NCBI RefSeq assembly: GCF_023055435.1 | Contig: NW_025963791.1 | Span: forward strand, 41,540,001 to 41,604,000 | Direction of reading: 5' to 3' | Source: Haliotis rufescens | Lineage: Eukaryota | DNA: 64,000 bases | Shown here: positions 49,534-63,829 of the stretch, piece by piece | How the letters are laid out: every line of letters starts with the position of its first letter | Position numbering within the stretch: the first letter of the stretch is position 1 | Translations under genes and position numbers: made by a program | The notes under the pieces: generated by a model | Seen by the model: the letters and a program-made list of their open reading frames with translations, nothing else | Told to the model about the DNA's origin: nothing | Database searches by the model: none

Positions 49534-51812
49534 GCTTATCAAATAAAAACCTCCAAGAAATCTTGAAATGTTGGAAATCGTAATATTTATGTTGAAGGGG
49601 TAACAGTATTTCATAAAATTCACTCGGAGTACATATTGGTCATTAAGAGACTTAATAAATGCCCTTCATCCTGACTTCAAGTTAAACATACAAAATCATG
49701 ATCAGGAAAAAATCACATATGTTTTTTTGTTTTTTTGTGCATTTTCATGAATTTCAAACCAAAAAAATTCACACAAACATTGTTAAGGGAAAGACATGCC
49801 AATTTTCAGTTGCCATGGTAATTGGTTATTCCTTTTTCCTAAAAGCATCATTAAGAATTCCATTTGATGTTAGTGACAGCTTTAGATACGTGTTAGTCAA
49901 AACAAAAAAATCATTAACCTTCAGGAATCTTCATTAACAACATTCAAGTGTCATTGACGTGTTTTGAGGGTGTACGACGCAGTCAAAGTCAATGCGTGAT
50001 ATTGTAATTGGTAGAATACCCAAACTGAAAAAGTGGGAACAGAATTGAAATATATGTTTGTAGTTGTTCCCACTGCCGAGGCTTGGAATAACACTGAGCG
50101 TCACTACATTAATTGTTTGATCTTCTCTTTTTTATCAAGTATGTGTTTTAATTTGCAGCTAAATAGTCAAGATATACACGTAGCCCCTACATTCTCACGT
50201 GACCAGGGGGTGGTGGGCATTTTCAATCTTTTAAAAAAGGAAGTAGGCGATATTATACAGTATCAGAAAGATAAGATAAGATAGGCCACATAGATGAGAA
50301 AGTCTGTAGTGGAAGATAGATGTTTCTAAAGGAGGGGACTGCTCAGGATAGTTTGGTCCACACATGAGCAACTGACGAAGGTTATTTTTTGTCAACATTA
50401 GAGAAGTCACCTTCCTCGGGTTACATTAACAAATCTAGTGCAATGATTTATGTAGAATGTGGTACGTAACTCCTCTGCACTATCGTCCTGTGGCCCCAAG
50501 AAAAAATGTTTTAAGTGCAAATAGGAGCAGCAGGTGCTGTTCAGATAGGTCATATTAGTTTTACTTATTTCCAAATGGGAAGGTGACCCTTAATCCCTGC
50601 AAGTGTGAGCTTTAAATACAAAGTTTCACTCTCATGTAAATGTTACTCTTTTCATTAGAGGTTGAACATGAAATGTATCGCGTTAAATTACCTTAAAGTT
50701 TAACAACAATGTCAAGTCACTTGCGCTCTTCGAAACTAGAGATTACTACACGAGTGTCTGTCAGGTACCATTGATCTCACTAGTTGTAAGATTAATGGTA
50801 TGTGACAGGCACGGGTGCAGCAGCCTGTTTCTTACATACCCTAAAATCGCACCTTTTTAGCATCGAACCAATGCATTTTGTCTATTCTCATGATTGCAGT
50901 AGCGCATTAATATATAACACCACTGTCATCCTATGTACTGCTTACTACACATAAATAATGTGACCCTACACAAAAAGGTTTCCGCCATATCTGTGGATTA
51001 TCAAGGCGATGATGATTACGCAAACTATAGAAAAAAACAAAGAACACGCTGGGTGCCGAGTTAAAAGGTTACACCTCAAAGAAATTACCAAATATGTACA
51101 ACAATGTTTACTTTCGTATGTCATCACTACCGGTGACCGACTTTAACAAAATGCCGTGTTCACTGATAACAGTACGCGGGATTTCCAGAGAAGGATTTTC
51201 GTTGACTGAGGGATCGTATATACATAAATGTGTCACGTAAGTAATCAGAAACATTCTGACAATCTGTGTACTGTTTTTTGTGTACCATGTTTTCCAATGT
51301 AACTGTCGTCGTTGTGCGTGATTTACCGTCAGTCATGGCGTCACACAGGACAGAAACTTTCACGGCTTCTGTTGAATTTACCACATTATTGTACATATAT
51401 GTGTAATTTCAAAATTAGTGCAAAGATGCTCTTCCCATGAATATTCTCATATGCGTGATCGAGCCAATGTGTGCAACAATTAGACGAAAGTACCTCTAAA
51501 AATGCGACACAGTGTAAAATCTGAATTTTGCTTTGTTTACATTTCAGCAAGTACAGTTTTCCGAGCACAGTTTTCGTTTCCAGACCTGATTTATTTCGCA
51601 TGATTTCATCTAGATAATTTGCATTGGTGACAAAGACCATTTGTCATTTGTTTCTAAAATATATGAGGAATTTAGGGATGCATGTATAGCAGCTGAGTTT
51701 GAAATATACCTGATCGAACAGGCGTCTCATAACCGGCATTTTGGAAACACAATCCAATATGGCGGAACGTACACTTCAGCGTTCGTGTATGCGTATTTTC
51801 CAAAGCATTCTA

Positions 51813-52101
51813 GGGGGCACGGGTGGCCCAGTCGTCTAAGGCGCCGCGATTCGCTGTGCAGAGTTGCGTCCCTTGGGCACGCCAGAAACCTACGATTGTG
51901 GGTTCGAATCCCGGTTCGCCCTTATAATGTTTCTAGGTTTGTCAGCACCATACCAACGCTCGTGGGTTTCACCGAAGTGGTAAACGTCTTAGACCTGCAT
52001 CACTTTGGGCTTTTCTCCCACATTAAGCTGACACGCTGTGATATAACTGGAATAATGTTAAAAGCGGCGTTAAACCCAACTCACTCACTCACTCACTCAC
52101 T
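51813..52101 (+). mobile_element. SINE family B
   Basis: Full copy; TSD TCCAAA(G/A)CATTCTA. Confidence 0.9.
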
Positions 52102-53958
52102 CCAAAACATTCTAAACTATTCTAGGCTTTTCAGCGACGTTTCAGAATTATCATTTGTGATTTGATACCCTTGATCACTTATATGCTATTTTTCTACTTT
52201 AATTATTCGAGTAAGTATCCGATATTTAGATTTGTCAGCACACAGTTAATAACGCCGCGAATTGTGATTTGGCTAGATGTAGATCTACCTAATTTTCAGA
52301 AGTCACTTTCAGAAATTGTGCTATGCTTAAAAGGACAGTAAATGATAAACAGAAGGGGGAATTCAAATCTGCGAAGTGTATTAGTTTGCGTGATGTATTT
52401 TGAATTTTATTCTACTTCGAAATGAGGTTTGAAGAGGAGGGACATACATGTATGTTTCCCTGTGGCATCCAGGGTGTTTACACTCTGAAAAACGATAACG
52501 TTGACAACATCAGATAATGTAACTGATAACAATAACAAACAAACTCGCTGACGGGAACGAATTTGTTTATTTTTATTATCAATTAAACGGTCCTGTTAAT
52601 GCAGACGTAGGTGAACATTCGACTGAAGCACGAGCAACTTATAAATGACTTACACTTAGGAAAGAGGTCCGTCATCATCTGACCACAGGCCATCACCATG
52701 GAGTAGCCAATCACGGGCCTGGAATTCGATCTCACACATATGGTTGACACCAGTTATCTCAAATTGTTTTCTCACCCCACAGGTGTGTACGAAACAAATG
52801 GTATCATCACCTGTCATGCAGCCTGAAAGACGTCGAGACTAGCATAAGTTTAAATGTGATTTCAAATTGATCCATCTGCGAGATGTATAAAAGTGCCATC
52901 TCCCCATCGAACATTTGATGAACTGTTCTATTGTCCAACCTGCATTGTAGCAGCATGTGCTTGCAAGAATTAAAAAGTGCCACTGTATCAGTAAACGCGG
53001 GTCGAATAAAAAAGTGTTTAACTTGGGACATGAGCTTTTATTATCTAAAACATCAAATGATATCATTTTTAACGTTTCGTTAACGTTTATAGCGTAGACC
53101 ACATTCTGACATTCTCAAGACAAACAAACACGCATAAGCCCGTAGCCCTTTATTAATAAATAGGGAAATGTGTCCATGAGGACACTCTGACAAAGAATTT
53201 CATTCCGGAAGATATGTAGTTTCACTGCAATACAATATCATATTCAATTCAAGTGGATGACTTCAGTTAAGAAGTTTGTTGAGTCAGCAAAGATGAAAAG
53301 ATAGGTGAGGTGAGGTGAAATGGGGTTTTATGCCGCGTCAAAGATTATTGCACTTATATATGCACTTATTATAAGTGCCTGCCCTGATTCAATTATTTAC
53401 AGACTGCCGTCATATAGCTGTAATATTGCTTGAGTCAGCAAAGATAAAAAGACGACCTAGGATGAGCAGAAACACGTGCGTGTCTATCAGAATGGCCCAC
53501 TATGGACTTGATACTTGAGTGGACGAGAGGACAAGAACATCAACACAGGGGATTGCTTCCACAACATCCATACGCCTGTTACAGCAGTGCCCACGGTATA
53601 ATGTATCTGGAAACAGTCACACTGTAATAGTAGGTGTGATCATGTGCCCCTAGTGTGGTTGGATAAATGTTTCAAATGGTAAATAACAGCTAGAATATTG
53701 CTTTCCTGATATATACGGGGTCAATGTATAATATAACTGAGACACATTCTGAAGTAAATTGCTTTAATAATGTGAAGCATACAAATCAAAATGGAAACAG
53801 TGTTAGGAATCACATCATTTACTCCTCTGGATTATATTTACACAGAGATACATAAGTACAAGAGTTGAAATAACAAATGCCTGAAAGATATCGTGACATG
53901 AGAATATACATTGGATGCCCCATAAACCACACTCGTTCAAATGTTCATTAAAACATGT

Positions 53959-54624
53959 TCAAAAAGCTGATTTTTGTTTCCTGGCAGAGAGCTTCTTCCT
54001 CATCAGTGAGAAGAGATACGCAGGCGTTGTCATTCGTCTCGGTTGCATTACAAACCTTTCCTTATAAACTGAGACAGCATGGGCAATTACACTTCCAAAT
54101 AGTTCAGCAATCTGCGATGGGTGTTCAGCTGACACTTCAGAGTACTTGTGCTCCCAATCTATTGTCACAATAGCATCAGCGACCTGCCAGATGGGTGTCT
54201 TCCTTTCTTCTGCAATGTCTATTTTATTGGCAACCACATAAATGGGAACATTTATTTCCTTCTTTTCTTCCAGAATGAGATCTCGCAAAGTGTAAATTTG
54301 CTCAAAAGAGTCGGCATCATCCACGGAATAAACGAGAACAAAGGCATCCCCTTTTGCAATAGCCTGCTTCCTTACAGTCGGAACTGCATCCCCATTGATT
54401 ATTTCCACGATTTCTACTGTCAAGTCCAATCCTGATGAGTCGTATTTGCACCTGTGGATCTCCTCGAACGTTCCTTTATACTCTGTAATAGAATTGTGGT
54501 CCAGGAATTGAGAGATAATGGTTGTCTTGCCTACTCTAGAGGCTCCAAGGACTACAAGGCACAGGTTCTCTTCCTTCTCCTGATTGCCAGCGACGTGAAA
54601 CGACTTTCCTCTATTAGCCATCAT
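53959..54624 (-). CDS. Ras-dva/RASD-like small GTPase, copy 4 (221 aa)
   Basis: G1 GASRVGKT, ends ARKQKSAF. Confidence 0.88.
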   Translation of the reverse strand: MMANRGKSFHVAGNQEKEENLCLVVLGASRVGKTTIISQFLDHNSITEYKGTFEEIHRCKYDSSGLDLTVEIVEIINGDAVPTVRKQAIAKGDAFVLVYSVDDADSFEQIYTLRDLILEEKKEINVPIYVVANKIDIAEERKTPIWQVADAIVTIDWEHKYSEVSAEHPSQIAELFGSVIAHAVSVYKERFVMQPRRMTTPAYLFSLMRKKLSARKQKSAF

Positions 54625-57600
54625 CAAAAGAACTTCAAAGACGATATCGATATGTCTGAGAAAACAGTAAACCAGTCGTCTTATATATATGGCAGGAAAT
54701 CTCCATTCACAACATTCAAGTGTCAATCACGTGTTTTGTGGGTGTATGACGCACACAATTGGTGGCAGGAAATTCAACGCATCCTGTTTATTGCTGTACA
54801 GTCACAGAATTCAAAACATTTTAGACTACTGGATAACTGTTTTCTCAGACCAATCGACAATTTGACGAACGTTTACTGATACAATAGAATTTTGTACTCG
54901 GAACTCGTCAGTGCAGACTGCTTCAATGCTGGTTGGAGAATAGAACAGTTCATCGGATGTTTCACTGGACACATAGCACGTCTTGTTGATGGATTTATTT
55001 GAAATCACATTCAAACTTATACTCGTCTCACCGTCTTTCGGGTGCATGACAGGTGATGATGCCATTTGTTTACGAGAGCTCAAGTGACTAGTCAATGTAG
55101 TAAAACTATAAAGTAATTTAAAGCGATACATTTTATATTGAATCTCTTATGAAAAGAGTAACATTCACATGAGAGTGAAACTTTGTATTTAGAGCTCGCA
55201 CGAGCATGGATTAACGATGACATGCCAATTTCCAGTTGCCATGGTAATTGGTTATTCTTTTTCTTAAAAAAGCATCATTAAGAATTCCATTTCATGTTAC
55301 TGACAGCTTAAGATACGTGTTAGAGATTCAACACATCCTGTTTATTGCTGTACAGTCACACGTTTACTGATACAATAGAATTTTTAACTCGGAACTCGTC
55401 AGTACACACTGCTTCAATGCTGGTTGGAAAATAGGACTGTTCACTGGACACATGCCGCGTCTTATAGATGGATCTATTTGAAATCACATTCAAACTTATA
55501 CTAGTCTCGCCGTCTTTCGGGCTAAATGACACCATTTGTTTATGAGAGCTCAAGCGATTAGTCAATGTTGTTAAACTTTAAAGTAATTTAACGCGATACA
55601 TTTCATGTTGAATCTCTAATGAAAAGAGTAACATTCACATGAGAGTGAAACTTTGTATTTGGAGCTCGCACCTTCAAAGTTGGAATTAAGTAAAACTAAT
55701 ATTGCCTCTGTCAACAGCACCTATTGCTCGTATTTGCACTAAAAAGGAAATTAGGGAACAATTTCTCAATTTTCCTTTTAGTAATTTGTGTTTTGTAGGT
55801 TTATGGGATATAGACCTATTTTCAATCAATCACTCTTTATTCACGCATTTAAAGGCCCCAGGACGATAGTACAGAGGAGTTACGCACCACATTCGCTGTA
55901 AACCATTGCACTAGATGTGTTGATGTTAAACCGAGGAAGATTCCTCATGCTGCTACCAACCTGTTGATCATAAAATCACAGGTGCCTTGTCTATTGTTGA
56001 CAAAAATATCCTTCGTCAGTTTCCCATAAGTGAACCAAACTATCCTGTGCAGTCTCCTGCCAATTGGGATCACAAGTTTAAAATCAATACGAATGCTGTT
56101 GAAACATGTACCCAAAAAACTGTTCAATGTCTTCCAGTGTGGGTTAAGTCAATGCGTGATATTGTAATTGGTAGAATACCCAAACTGAAAAAGTGGGAAC
56201 AGAATTGAAATATATGTTTGTAGTTGTTCCCACTGCCGAGGCTTGGAATAACACTGAGCGTCACTACATTAATTGTTTGATCTTCTCTTTTTTATCAAGT
56301 ATGTGTTTTAATTTGCAGCTAAATAGTCAAGATATACACGTAGCCCCGACATTCCCACGTGACCAGGGGGTGGTGGGGCATTTTCAATCTTTTGAAAAAG
56401 AAGTAGGCAATATTATACAGTATCAAAAAGATAAGATAAGATAGGCAACATAGATGAGAAAGTTCTGTAGTGGAAGATAGATACAGAAGACAGTGGTATT
56501 TTGATGTTTCTAAAGTAGGGGAATGCTCAGGATAGTTTGGTCCACATATGAGCAACTGACGAAGGTTAGAGAAGTCACTTTCCTCGGGTTACATTATCAA
56601 ATCTAGTGCAATGATTTATGTAGAATGTGGTACGGAACTCCTCTGCACTATCCTCCTGTGGCCCCAAGAAAAAAATGTTTTAGTGCAAATAGGAGCAGCA
56701 GGTGTTGTTGACATAGAGCATATTAGTTTTACATATTTCCAACTGGGAAGGTGACCCTTAATCCCTGCGAGCTTTAAATACAAAGTTTCACTCTCATGTA
56801 AATGTTACTCTTTTCATTAGAGGTTGAACATGAAATGTATCCCGTTAAATAACCTTAAAGTTAAACAACAATGACTAGTCGCTTGTGCTCTTCGAAACTA
56901 GAGATTACTCCACGAGTGTCTGTTAGGTAGCATTAATCTCACTAGTTGTAAGATAATGGTATGTGACAGGCACGGGTGCAGCAGCCTAGTTCCCACACAC
57001 CCTAAAATCGCACCTTTTTAGCATCGAACCAATGCATTTTGTCTATTCTCATGATTGCAGTAGCGCATTAATATATAACACCACTGTCATCCTATGTATT
57101 ACTTACAACACATAAATAATGTGACCCTACACAAAAAGGTTTCCGCCATATCTGTGGATTATCAAGGCGATGATGATTACGCAAACTATAGACAAAAACA
57201 AAGAACACGCTGGGTGCCGAGTTAATAGGTTACACCTCAAAGAAATTACCAAATTTGTACAACAATGTTTACTTCCGTATGGCATCACTACCGGTGAACG
57301 ACTTTTACAAAATGTCGTGTTCACTGATAACAGTACGCGGGATTTCCAGAGAAAGATTTTCGTTGACTGAGGGATCGTATATACATAAAAGTTTCACGTA
57401 AGTAATCAGAAACATTCTGACAATCTGAGTACTGTTTTTTGTGTACCATGTTTTCCAGTGTAACCGTCGTCGTTGTGCTTGATTTACCGTCAGTCATGGC
57501 GTCACACAGGACAGAAACGTTTACGGCTTCTGTTGAATTTACCACATTATTGTACATATATGTGTAATTTCAAAATTAGTGCAACGATACTCTTCCCGTG

Positions 57601-57972
57601 AATATTGTCAAATTCGTGATCGAGCCAATGTGTGCAACAATTAGACGAAAGTACCTCTAAAAATGCGACACAGTGTAAAATCTGAATTTTGCTTTGTTTA
57701 CATTTCAGCAAGTACAGTTTTCCGAGCACAGTTTTCGTTTCCAGACCTGATTTATTTCGCATGATTTCATCTAGATAATTTGCATTGGTGACAAAGACCA
57801 TTTGTCATATGTTTCTAAAATATATGAGGAATTTAGGGATGCATGTATAGCAGCTGAGTTTGAAATATACCTGATCGAACAGGCGTCTCATAACCAGCAT
57901 TTTGGAAACACAATCCAATATGGCGGAACGTACACTTCAGCGTTCGTGTATGCGTATTTTCCAAAGCATTCT

Positions 57973-58259
57973 AGGGGGCACGGGTGGTCCAGTCGTCTAA
58001 GGCGCCGCGATTCGCTGTGCAGAGTTGCGTCCCTTGGGCACGCCAGACACCTACGATTGTGGGTTCGAATTCCTGTTCGCCCTTATAATGTTTCTAGGTT
58101 TGTCAGCACCATACCAACGCTCGTGGGTTTCACCGAAGTGGTAAACGTCTTAGACCTGCACCACTTTGGGCTTTCCTCCCACATTAAGCTGACACGCTGT
58201 GATATAACTGGAATAATGTTAAAAGCAGCGTTTAACCCAACTCACTCACTCACTCACTC
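57973..58259 (+). mobile_element. SINE family B (duplicate of 51813 insertion)
   Basis: Same flanks/TSD as 51813 copy. Confidence 0.9.
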
Positions 58260-59992
58260 CAAAACATTCTAAACTATTCTAGGCTTATCAGCGACGTTTC
58301 AGAATTATCATTTGTGATTTGATACCCGTGATCACTTATATGCTATTTTTCTACTTTAATTATTCGAGTAAGTATCCGATATTTAGATTTGTCAGCACAC
58401 AGTCAGCACACAGTTTGCGTGATGTATTTTGAATTTCATTCTACTTCGAAATGAGGGTTGAAGAGGAGGGACATATGTGTCCCTGTGGCATCCAGGGTGT
58501 TGACACTCTGAAAAACGACAACGTTGACAACATCAGATAATGTAACTGATAACAATAACAAACAAACTCGCGGACGAGGACGAATTTGTTTATTTTTATT
58601 ATCAATTACACGGTCCTGTTGTTCAATGCAGACATAGGTGAACATTCGACTGAAGCACGAGCAACTTATAAATGACTTACACTTAGGAAAAAGGTCCGTC
58701 ATCATTTGACCTCAGGCCATCACCATGGAGTAGCCAACCACGGGCCTGGAATTCGATCTCACACATATGTTTGATACCAGTTATCTCATATGGGTTTCTC
58801 ACCCCACAGGTGTGTACGAAACAAATGGTATCATCACCTGTCATGCAGCCTGAAAGACGTCGAGACTAGCATAAGTTTAAATGTGATTTCAAATTGATCC
58901 ATCTGCGAGATGTATAAAAGTGCCATCTCCCCATCGAACATTTGATGAACTGTTCTATTGTCCAACCTGCATTGTAGCAGCATGTGCTTGCAAGAATTAA
59001 AAAGTGCCACTGTATCAGTAAACGCGGGTCGAATAAAAAAGTGTTTAACTTGGGACATGAGCTTTTATTATCTAAAACATCAAATGATATCATTTTTAAC
59101 GTTTCGTTAACGTTTATAGCGTAGCCCACATTCTGACATTCTCAAGACAAACAAACACGCATAAGCCCGTAGCCCTTTATTAATAAATAGGGAAATGTGT
59201 CCATGAGGACACTCTGACAAAGAATTTCATTCCGGAAGATATGTAGTTTCACTGCAATACAATATCATATTCAAATCAAGTGGATGACTTTAGTTAAGAA
59301 GTTTGTTGAGTCAGCAAAGATGAAAAGATAGGTGAGGTGAGGTAAAATGGGGTTTAACGCCGCGTCCAAGATTATTGCACTTATATATACACTATACTTG
59401 AATGCCCTGATTCAATTATTTACAGACTGCCGTCATATAGCTGTTGGAAAGTTGGAATATTTCTTGAGTCAGCAAAGATAAATAGACGACCTAGGATCAG
59501 CAGAAACACGTGCGTGTCTATCAGAATGGCCACTATGGACCTTGATACTTGAGTGGACGAGAGGACAAGAACATCAACACAGGGGATTGCTTCCACAACA
59601 TCCATACGCCTGTTACAGCAGTGCCCACGGTAAAATGTATCTGGAAACAGTCACACTGTAATAGTAGGTGTGATCATGTGCCCCTAGTGTGGTTGGATAA
59701 ATATTTCAAATGGTAAACAACATCTAGAATGTTGCCTTCCTGATATAAACAGGGTCAATGTATAATATAACTGAGACACATTCTGAAGTAAATTGCATTA
59801 ATAATATGAAACATACAAATCAAAATGGAAACAGTGTTAGGAATCACATCATTTACTCCTCTGGAATATATTTACACAGAGATACATAATTACAAGAGTT
59901 AAAATAACAAATGCTTGAAAGATATCGTTACATGAGAATGTACATTGGATGCCCAATGAACCACACTCGTTCAAATGTTCATTAAAACATGT

Positions 59993-60655
59993 TCAAAAAG
60001 CTGATTTTTGTTTCCTGGCAGAGAGCTTCTTCCTCATCAGTGAGAAGAGATACGCAGGCGTTGTCATTCGTCTCGGTGGCATTACAAACCTTTCCTTATA
60101 AACTGAGACAGCATGGGCAATTACACTTCTAAATAGTTCAGCCATCTGCGACGGGTGTTCAGCTGACACTTCAGAGTACTTGTGCTCCCAATCTATTGTC
60201 ACAATAGCATCAGCGACCTGCCAGATGGGTGTCTTCCTTTCTTCTGCAATGTCTATTTTATTGGCAACCACATAAATGGGAACATTTATTTCCTTCTTTT
60301 CTTCCAGAATGAGATCTCGCAAGGTGTAAATTTGCTCAAAAGAGTCGGCATCATCCACGGAATAAACGAGAACAAAGGCATCCCCTTTTGCAATAGCTTG
60401 CTTCCTTACAGTCGGAACTGCATCCCCATTGATTATTTCCACGATTTCTACTGTCAAGTCCAATCCTGATGAGTCGTACTTGCACCTGTGGATCTCCTCG
60501 AACGTACCTTTATACTCTGTAATAGAATTGTGGTCCAGGAATTGAGAGATAATGGTTGTCTTGCCTACTCTAGAGGCTCCAAGGACTACAAGGCACAGGT
60601 TCTCTTCCTTCTGATTGCTAGCGACGTGAAACGACTTTCCTCTATTAGCCATCAT
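59993..60655 (-). CDS. Ras-dva/RASD-like small GTPase, copy 5 (220 aa)
   Basis: G1 GASRVGKT; one-codon in-frame deletion near N-terminus; SQMAELFRS and MPPRR variants. Confidence 0.88.
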   Translation of the reverse strand: MMANRGKSFHVASNQKEENLCLVVLGASRVGKTTIISQFLDHNSITEYKGTFEEIHRCKYDSSGLDLTVEIVEIINGDAVPTVRKQAIAKGDAFVLVYSVDDADSFEQIYTLRDLILEEKKEINVPIYVVANKIDIAEERKTPIWQVADAIVTIDWEHKYSEVSAEHPSQMAELFRSVIAHAVSVYKERFVMPPRRMTTPAYLFSLMRKKLSARKQKSAF

Positions 60656-63600
60656 CAAAAGAACTTCAAAGACAATATCAATTTGTCTGAGAAAACAGTA
60701 AACCAGTCGTCTTATGTATACATGGCAGGAAATCTCCATTCACAATATTCAAGTGTCAATGACGTGTTTTGTGGGTGTATGACGCACACAATTGGTGGCA
60801 GGAAATTCAACGCATCCTGTTTATTGCTGTACAGTCAAGAATTCAAAACTTTTTAGACGACTTGATTACTGTTTTCTCAGACAAATCGACAATTTGACGA
60901 ACGTTTACTGATACAATAGAATTTTGAACTCGGAACTCGTCAGTACAGACTGCTTCAATGCTGGTTGGAACAGTTCATCGGATGTTTCACTGGACACATA
61001 GCACGTCTTGTTGATGGATTTATTTGAAATCACATTCAAACTTATACTCGTCTTGCCATCTTTCGGGGTACATGACAGTTAATGATGCAATTTGTTTACG
61101 AGAGCTCAAGCGACTAGTCAATGTAGTAAAACTATCAAGTAATTTAACGCGATACATTTCATATTGAATCTCTTATGAAAAGAGTTACATTCACATGAGA
61201 GTGAAACTTTGTATTTAGAGCTCGCACGATCATGGATTAACGATGACATGCCAATTTCCAGTTGGCATGGTAATTGGTTATTCCTTTTTCTTAAAAGCAT
61301 CATTAAGAATTCCATTTCATGTTACTGACAGATTTAGATACGTGTTAGTCGTGTTCATTAACAACCTTGACGTGCTTTGAGGGTGTATGATGCAGACATC
61401 AAACTACATGCTGACAGGAGATTCAATACATCCTGTTTATTGCTGTACAGTCACATGTTTACTGATACAATAGAATTTTGAACTCGGAACTCGTCAGTAC
61501 ACACTGCTTCAATGCTGGTTGGAAAATAGGACTGTTCACTGGACACATGCCATGTCTTGTAGATGGATCTATTTGAATTCACATTCAAACTTATACTAGT
61601 CTCGCCGTCTTTCGGGCTGCATGACACCATTTGTTTACGAGAGCTCAAGTGATTAGTCAATGTTGTTAAACTTTCAGGTAATGTAATGCGATACATTTCA
61701 TGTTGAACCCTAATGAAAACAGTAACATTCACATGAGAGTGAAACTTTGTATTTGGAGCTCACACTAGCATGGATTAACGATGACCTTCAAAGTTGGAAT
61801 TAAGTAAAACTAATATTGCCTCTGTCAACAGCACCTATTGCTTGTATTTGCGCTAAAAAAAATTTAGGGAACAATTTCTCAATTTTCCTTTTAGTAATTG
61901 GTGTTATGTAGGTTTATGGGATATAGACCTATTTTCAATCAATCACTCTTTATTCACGCATTTAAAGGCCCCAGGACGATAGTACAGAGGAGTTACGCAC
62001 CACATTCACTGTAAACCGTTGCACTAGTTGCGTTGATTTTAAACCTAGGAAGACTCCTCATGCTGCTACCAACCTGTTGGTCATAAAATCACAGGTGTCT
62101 GGTCTATTGTTGACAAAAATATCCTTCGTCAGTTTCCCATAAGTGAACCAAACTATCCTGTGCAGTCTCCTGCCAATTGGGATCACAACTTTAAAATCAT
62201 CACGAATGCTGTTGAAACATGTACCAAAAAAAACTGTTCAATGTCTTCCAGTTAGGTTAAGTCAATGCGTGATGTTGTAATTGGTAGAATTCCCAAACTG
62301 AAAAAGTGGGAACAGAATTGAAATATATGTTTGTAGTTGTTCCCACTGCCGAGGCTTGGAATAACACTGAGCGTCACTACATTAATTGTTTGATCTTCTC
62401 TTTTTTATCAAGTATGTGTTTTAATTTGCAGATAAATAGTCAAGATATACATGTAGCCCCTACATTCTCACGTGACCAGGGGGTGGTGGGGCATTTTCAG
62501 TCTTTTAAAAAAGAAGTAGGCGATATTATACAGTATCAGAAAGATAAGATAAGATAGGCCACATAGATGAGAAAGTCTGTAGTGGAAGATAGATATAGAA
62601 GACAGTGGTAGTTTGATGTTTCTAAAGTAGGGGACTGCACAGGATAGTTTGGTCCACATATGAGCAACTGACGAAGGTTATTTTTGTCAACATTAGAGAA
62701 GTCACCTTCCTCGGGTTACATTAAAAAATCTAGTGCAATGATTTATGTAGAATGTGGTACATAACTCCTCTGCACTATCGTCCTGTGGCCCAAAGAAAAA
62801 TGTTTTAAGTGCAAATAGGAGCAGCAGGTGCTGTTGACATAGGTCATATTAGTTTTACTTTTTTCCAACTGGGATGGTGACCCCTTAATCTTGATGGTGA
62901 CATGATCTTTTATTATCTCAAACATCAAATGATATCATTTTTAACGTTTCGTTAACGTTTATAACGTAGCCCACATTCTGACATTCTCAAGACAAACGAA
63001 CACGCATAAGCCCGTAGCCCTTTATTAATAAATAGGGAAATGTGTTCATGAGGACACTCTGACAAAGAATTTCATTCCGAAGATATGTAGTTTCACTGCA
63101 ATACACAATCACATTATATTCAAGTGGATGACTTCAGTTAAGAAGTTTGTTGAGTCAGCAAAGATGAAAAGATAGGTGAGGTGAGGTGAAATGGGGTTTT
63201 ATGCCGCGTCAAAGATTATTGCACTTATATATGCACTTATTATAAGTGCCTGCCCTGATTCAATTATTTACAGACTGCCGTCATATAGCTGTAATATTGC
63301 TTGAGTCAGCAAAGATAAAAAGACGACCTAGGATGAGCAGAAACACGTGCGTGTCTATCAGAATGGCCACTATGGACTTGATACTTGAGTGGACGAGAGG
63401 ACAAGAACATCAAAACAGGGGATTGGCTTCCACAACATCCATACGCCTGTTACAGCAGTGCCCACGGTAAAATGTATCTGGAAACAGTCACACTGTAATA
63501 GTAGGTGTGATCATGTGCCCCTAGTGTGGTTGGATAAATATTTCAAATGGTAAACAACATCTAGAATGTTGTCTTCCTGTTATAAACAGGGTCAATGTAT

Positions 63601-63829
63601 AATATAACTGAGACACATTCTGAAGTAAATTGCATTAATAATATGAAACATACAAATCAAAATGGAAACAGTTTTAGGAATCACATCATTTACTCCTCTG
63701 GAATATATTTACACAGAGATACATAATTACAAGAGTTAAAATAACAAATGCTTGAAAGATATCGTTACATGAGAATGTACATTGGATGCCCAATGAACCA
63801 CACTCGTTCAAATGTTCATTAAAACATGT

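Noticed and set aside
50033-53102. Short ORFs repeated in each 6-kb unit (MGTELK, MYNNVV, MVFVTN, MSFVSK, MSQVKH)
   Set aside because: Recurrence reflects recent duplication; often non-ATG starts, frameshifts between copies, one runs through a SINE
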